Below, piece by piece: positions 7,542 to 10,831 of a stretch of DNA of 10,831 nucleotides. The DNA lies in assembly GCF_006345805.1 (NCBI RefSeq), contig NW_021827305.1:1-10831 (forward strand), read 5' to 3'. Source of the DNA: Octopus sinensis (taxonomy: Eukaryota). The stretch's first letter is position 1. Every line of letters starts with the position of its first letter. The translations under genes and the position numbers were made by a program. The notes beneath the pieces were generated by a model, which saw only the letters and a program-made list of their open reading frames with translations, was not told where the DNA came from and made no database searches.

Positions 7542-7568
7542 TATCCTGAAATACGCACTATGGATATT

Positions 7569-7587
7569 CTACTGCTATAACTACTAT

Positions 7588-7641
<54 letters not shown>

Positions 7642-7730
7642 ACAAGCTTCTACTACTACTACTACTACTACTACTACACAAGCTTCTACACACACAAACT
7701 GATACACACATACACATATACATATACATG
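7569..7730. repeat. (CTA)n microsatellite with 36-bp tandem duplication, then (CA)/(TACA) tract
   Basis: CACAAGCTTC occurs at 7641 and 7677, separated by CTA repeats. Confidence 0.9.
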
Positions 7731-8094
7731 AAATGCAATGTTCGATAGCCCCAAAATACTAAAATATATATGATGCTCTGCTTAGAAGTATCGAACAATC
7801 AATCCATTAATATATGAGGTATTTTGTTTGCTTATCAAATGACACAAATTTTTTTTAAAAATCAACATACATGCATAATACATACGCAAACATACGCTCA
7901 AGCTTTTTACTGAGTGAGTGTGCTAAACCCCCCTGTTCGAAAATGTAAGAACACAGATTGTGCGTCGTATAGCTAGCTGGAGACGATGCTTCCTGGGGCT
8001 AAACAACAGAAACATTCGTCCCAACCGAGACTGCCACATTACGTTGGCAAATAATCTTCACTTATATTATAACATATAATCTTCACTTATACCT

Positions 8095-8097
8095 ATA

Positions 8098-8164
<67 letters not shown>

Positions 8165-8176
8165 ATAATAATAATT
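8095..8176. repeat. (TA)n/(AAT)n microsatellite
   Basis: Direct observation. Confidence 0.95.
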
Positions 8177-8329
8177 AGGGAATAAATCCAAACTTACAGG
8201 GAAAAATCAGATTTAGGATTGAATCCAATTTTATAGTAAAATATTAAAATAATATAAATTAATTAATCTTATGTATTGGCTTAAGTTTTTCATTGTATGA
8301 TTTGCCTAACAGTGGCCTACTGGTTTTTT

Positions 8330-8530
8330 ATCTATATTTAATATAATATATATATTATATATATATATATAACATATAAACATATATTTGTATCTCTATC
8401 TATCTATCTGTTTTTATATATACATCCATCCATCCATATTTAAACATGCACACACGCGCGCGCACACACAGACACACACACGTATATATAAACATAGACA
8501 CACAGACCTCATGCATGTATGTATATAGTT
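8330..8530. repeat. Compound (TA)/(TATC)/(CATC)/(CA)/(CG) microsatellite
   Basis: Direct observation. Confidence 0.85.
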
Positions 8531-8670
8531 ACAATAAGGATCCGAATGATCAAAGAAATCTCAATCAAGTTCCTCGGAAAGTGCATTGCTGATAAAAAAA
8601 ATATCCATAGTTGAATTTAAGGTGTGTTTCGTGTCGTACCGAAAATCGAGGAGATACGATGTTGGAGAGA

Positions 8671-8802
8671 ATATATATATATATATATATATATTCTCTA
8701 TATAGATAGAAGATCTCTCTTCTCTCTTATCTGTTCTATCTGTCTTTTTGCCTTTCTCACTTTCTATATATTTAAATGTGTGTGTGTACGCACGCACGCA
8801 TG

Positions 8803-8846
<44 letters not shown>

Positions 8847-8882
8847 ACACACACACACACACACACACACATACACATATAT
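8671..8882. repeat. Compound (TA)n, CT-rich and (CA)n microsatellite
   Basis: Direct observation; explains ORFs 8561-8890 and 8624-8884. Confidence 0.9.
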
Positions 8883-8921
8883 AAATCCAAGTTGAAGGAG
8901 CAGAGCAGGTAAAATCCCGAC

Positions 8922-9001
8922 TACAGATGTTTCCTAGCTAGCAGATCCTCCGATGTAATAATTACTCAACGGATCGTACTCAGCCACCAGCTACTCACCA
9001 G
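8922..9001 (-). other. Degenerate hammerhead-ribozyme-like motif (Penelope-like element type)
   Basis: Minus strand reads CTGGTGA-G-TAGCT...AGCTA-G-GAAAC-ATCTG-TA. The core differs from CUGANGA at A6, the 10.1-11.1 pair is G-G, and stem I is not convincing. Confidence 0.35.
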
Positions 9002-9037
9002 ACTGAAGTTACCTTAATTATATATGTCGTTAAGGAA

Positions 9038-9176
9038 TTCCAAGTTAACTCGCTGAAGATTTTACTTGCATCACTTTTGGATTTTTAAACGCATTCATAG
9101 CAACCCAAGTGAATGCGTTTAAAAATCCAAATTGAAGAAGCGATGCCAGTAAAATCTTCAGCGAGTTAACTTGGAA
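9038..9176. repeat. 139-nt near-perfect hairpin
   Basis: Outer stem 9038-9066/9148-9176 is 29 bp perfect and inner stem 9076-9097/9110-9131 is 22 bp perfect. Loop is 12 nt (9098-9109), with one 7-nt bulge and 2 mismatches between the stems. Confidence 0.95.
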
Positions 9177-9344
9177 AGCCAACAGCCTGCGACGCCAATA
9201 AATTATCATTGGCCCTGAACGCTGTATGTATGTGTGTCTATCTATCGATCTACCTACCTACCTATATATAGCTCAACTACCTATATACGATACCTCGATA
9301 CAAAACCAAATATTATAAAGACATATTTTATATATAAATATTAC

Positions 9345-9576
9345 ACTTTTTCACTTTTACTTGTTTCATCGTCTACGGACTCATGTGAGAGAGCACGCGC
9401 CGCCTTTAGTCGAGCACTCGACCCCGGGACTTATTCTTCTTGTAAGCCCAGTACTTATTCTATCGGTCTCTTTTTGCCGAACCGCTAGGTGACGGGGACG
9501 AAAACACACCAGCATCGGTTGTCAAGCAATGCTAGGGGACAAACACAGATCACAAACACAAACACACACACACACA

Positions 9577-9640
<64 letters not shown>

Positions 9641-9815
9641 ATATATTATATACATATAAAGACAGGCTTCTTCAGTTCCGTCTACCAAATCCACTCAAAG
9701 ACATTGGTCGGCCCGGGGCTATAGCAGAAGACACTTGCCCAAGATGCCACGCAGTGGGACTGAACCCGGAAACATGTGGTTGGTTAGCAAGCTACTTACC
9801 ACACAGCCACTCCTG
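9345..9815 (-). mobile_element. Near full-length SINE family B with internal (TA)n/(CA)n microsatellite
   Basis: On the minus strand the head has TGGCTGTGTGG and GGTTCAGTCCC boxes. Microsatellite at about 9546-9658; the 3' half matches 4477-4638. No clear TSD. Confidence 0.92.
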
Positions 9816-10170
9816 TGATAGATTAATACATATATTATATGTATTAATCTATCGATATTCTATTTCCATACACACACACACACACACACATATATATCTA
9901 TATATACCTACCGCGGACTGCTCGAAGCTGTCGAACTTACTTCACTTAAATCCGTGGATTTTATAATTACACTCACATATTTATACGTTTGCAAGAAACA
10001 CGGTTATCAATCAGGGAATCAAAATTACAATCTTCTGATCGTGATTGCAATCCCTGAATCACTAATCCTCACGTCTTCACAAGACCGGACAATCTTTATA
10101 CAGACTGTTCAAACGCAACAAATTAACACAGATTTTATAACATTAAAGACAATACATTGTTGTGACGACC

Positions 10171-10240
10171 TACGTTCTGAGTTCAGTCTCATATAAGTCA
10201 TTTTGTATTCCATGGAGGGGTCGATGAAAAATAAAGTGCT
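10171..10240 (+). mobile_element. Strongly decayed SINE family A fragment
   Basis: TACGTTCTGAGTTCA identical to 3171-3185, then GGGGTCGAT.AAAATAAAGT at similar spacing to the 3107 copy. Confidence 0.65.
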
Positions 10241-10831
10241 AATCTGAGGTAGTGAATTGGTGGAATGTTTAGAACAATCAACAAGAGGCAGAGACATATT
10301 TGTCCCAGAACTTTCTGGTCTATGGCAAAGTCCGTAGCGACAGAACACTCAGTTTGTTTCGGCCTTAAATTGGCAGTATTTTCTTTGGACAACATTAGGG
10401 TAACGGAGTTGAAAGATTTGCAAATCGGACTATAAGAGATTAGGAATATTGCAGTTTTAAGCGTTCTTACAGCATAAATAAGTTCTTACAGTTAAATAAG
10501 TCCCACAGATGTCTGATTAATCAATGTTTATTTCTATACACTACTAGAGACGAAGTTTTGATTAGCATGGAGTGATAGTAGATACCTGCTACAGAACATG
10601 CAAAAACGAAGAAATCAGGTCGTCTTATAGTTTCACAGACAGTACTGGACAGTTTTCGTCTGCATTAATACTTCTATATTATTGAGCACTTTACGACATG
10701 CATTCTCAGAACGAATACTGCAGTGTTATGGCGTTTTGGCTATACATATATACATATCCAAAAAACTGGAAGTAGAACGCGACAGACTATAATATAACAA
10801 CCGGACAGATAGACGATACTAAGACGGACAG

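Noticed and set aside
7739-7797. 9-bp inverted repeat TGTTCGATA/TATCGAACA
   Set aside because: Short, with a long spacer; within chance expectation.
8051-8091. 16-bp direct repeat ATAATCTTCACTTATA with a 9-nt spacer
   Set aside because: A simple local tandem duplication beside a (TA)n tract; nothing is inserted and it is not an array.
8177-8325. AT-rich stretch after (TA)n that may be a dispersed repeat fragment (likewise 8540-8670)
   Set aside because: Only vague familiarity; no second copy or diagnostic motif in the window.
10463-10509. 2.5 copies of an 18-19-bp unit GTTCTTACAG..AAATAA
   Set aside because: A small tandem duplication without spacers; not CRISPR-like and of no evident function.
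1-10831. CRISPR array, operon or other prokaryotic system
   Set aside because: No regularly spaced repeats with unique spacers and no gene-dense coding; the content is typical of a repeat-rich animal genome.

Overview
Eukaryotic, AT-rich, repeat-dominated non-coding DNA (intergenic or intronic). It is most likely an octopus/coleoid genome, inferred from recalled resemblance of its tRNA-derived SINEs to octopus SINE families. No intact protein-coding gene is supported, and most ORFs in the track are microsatellite or SINE artefacts. The window contains: (i) long compound microsatellites; (ii) four copies or fragments of a bipartite SINE with an internal microsatellite (family B), three of a second SINE (family A, one full length with a perfect 16-bp TSD), and a decayed third type; (iii) a 5'-truncated CR1/L2-type LINE 3' end nested inside a SINE; (iv) a 303-bp fully fold-back Tc1/mariner-type MITE; (v) a 139-nt near-perfect hairpin beside a degenerate hammerhead-like motif; (vi) a local rearrangement with an old ~110-bp direct repeat and a young 187-bp inverted copy showing a snap-back junction; (vii) an unidentified ~1.2-kb non-repetitive block that may be a decayed coding sequence. 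Family names and protein-motif matches come from memory, not from database searches.
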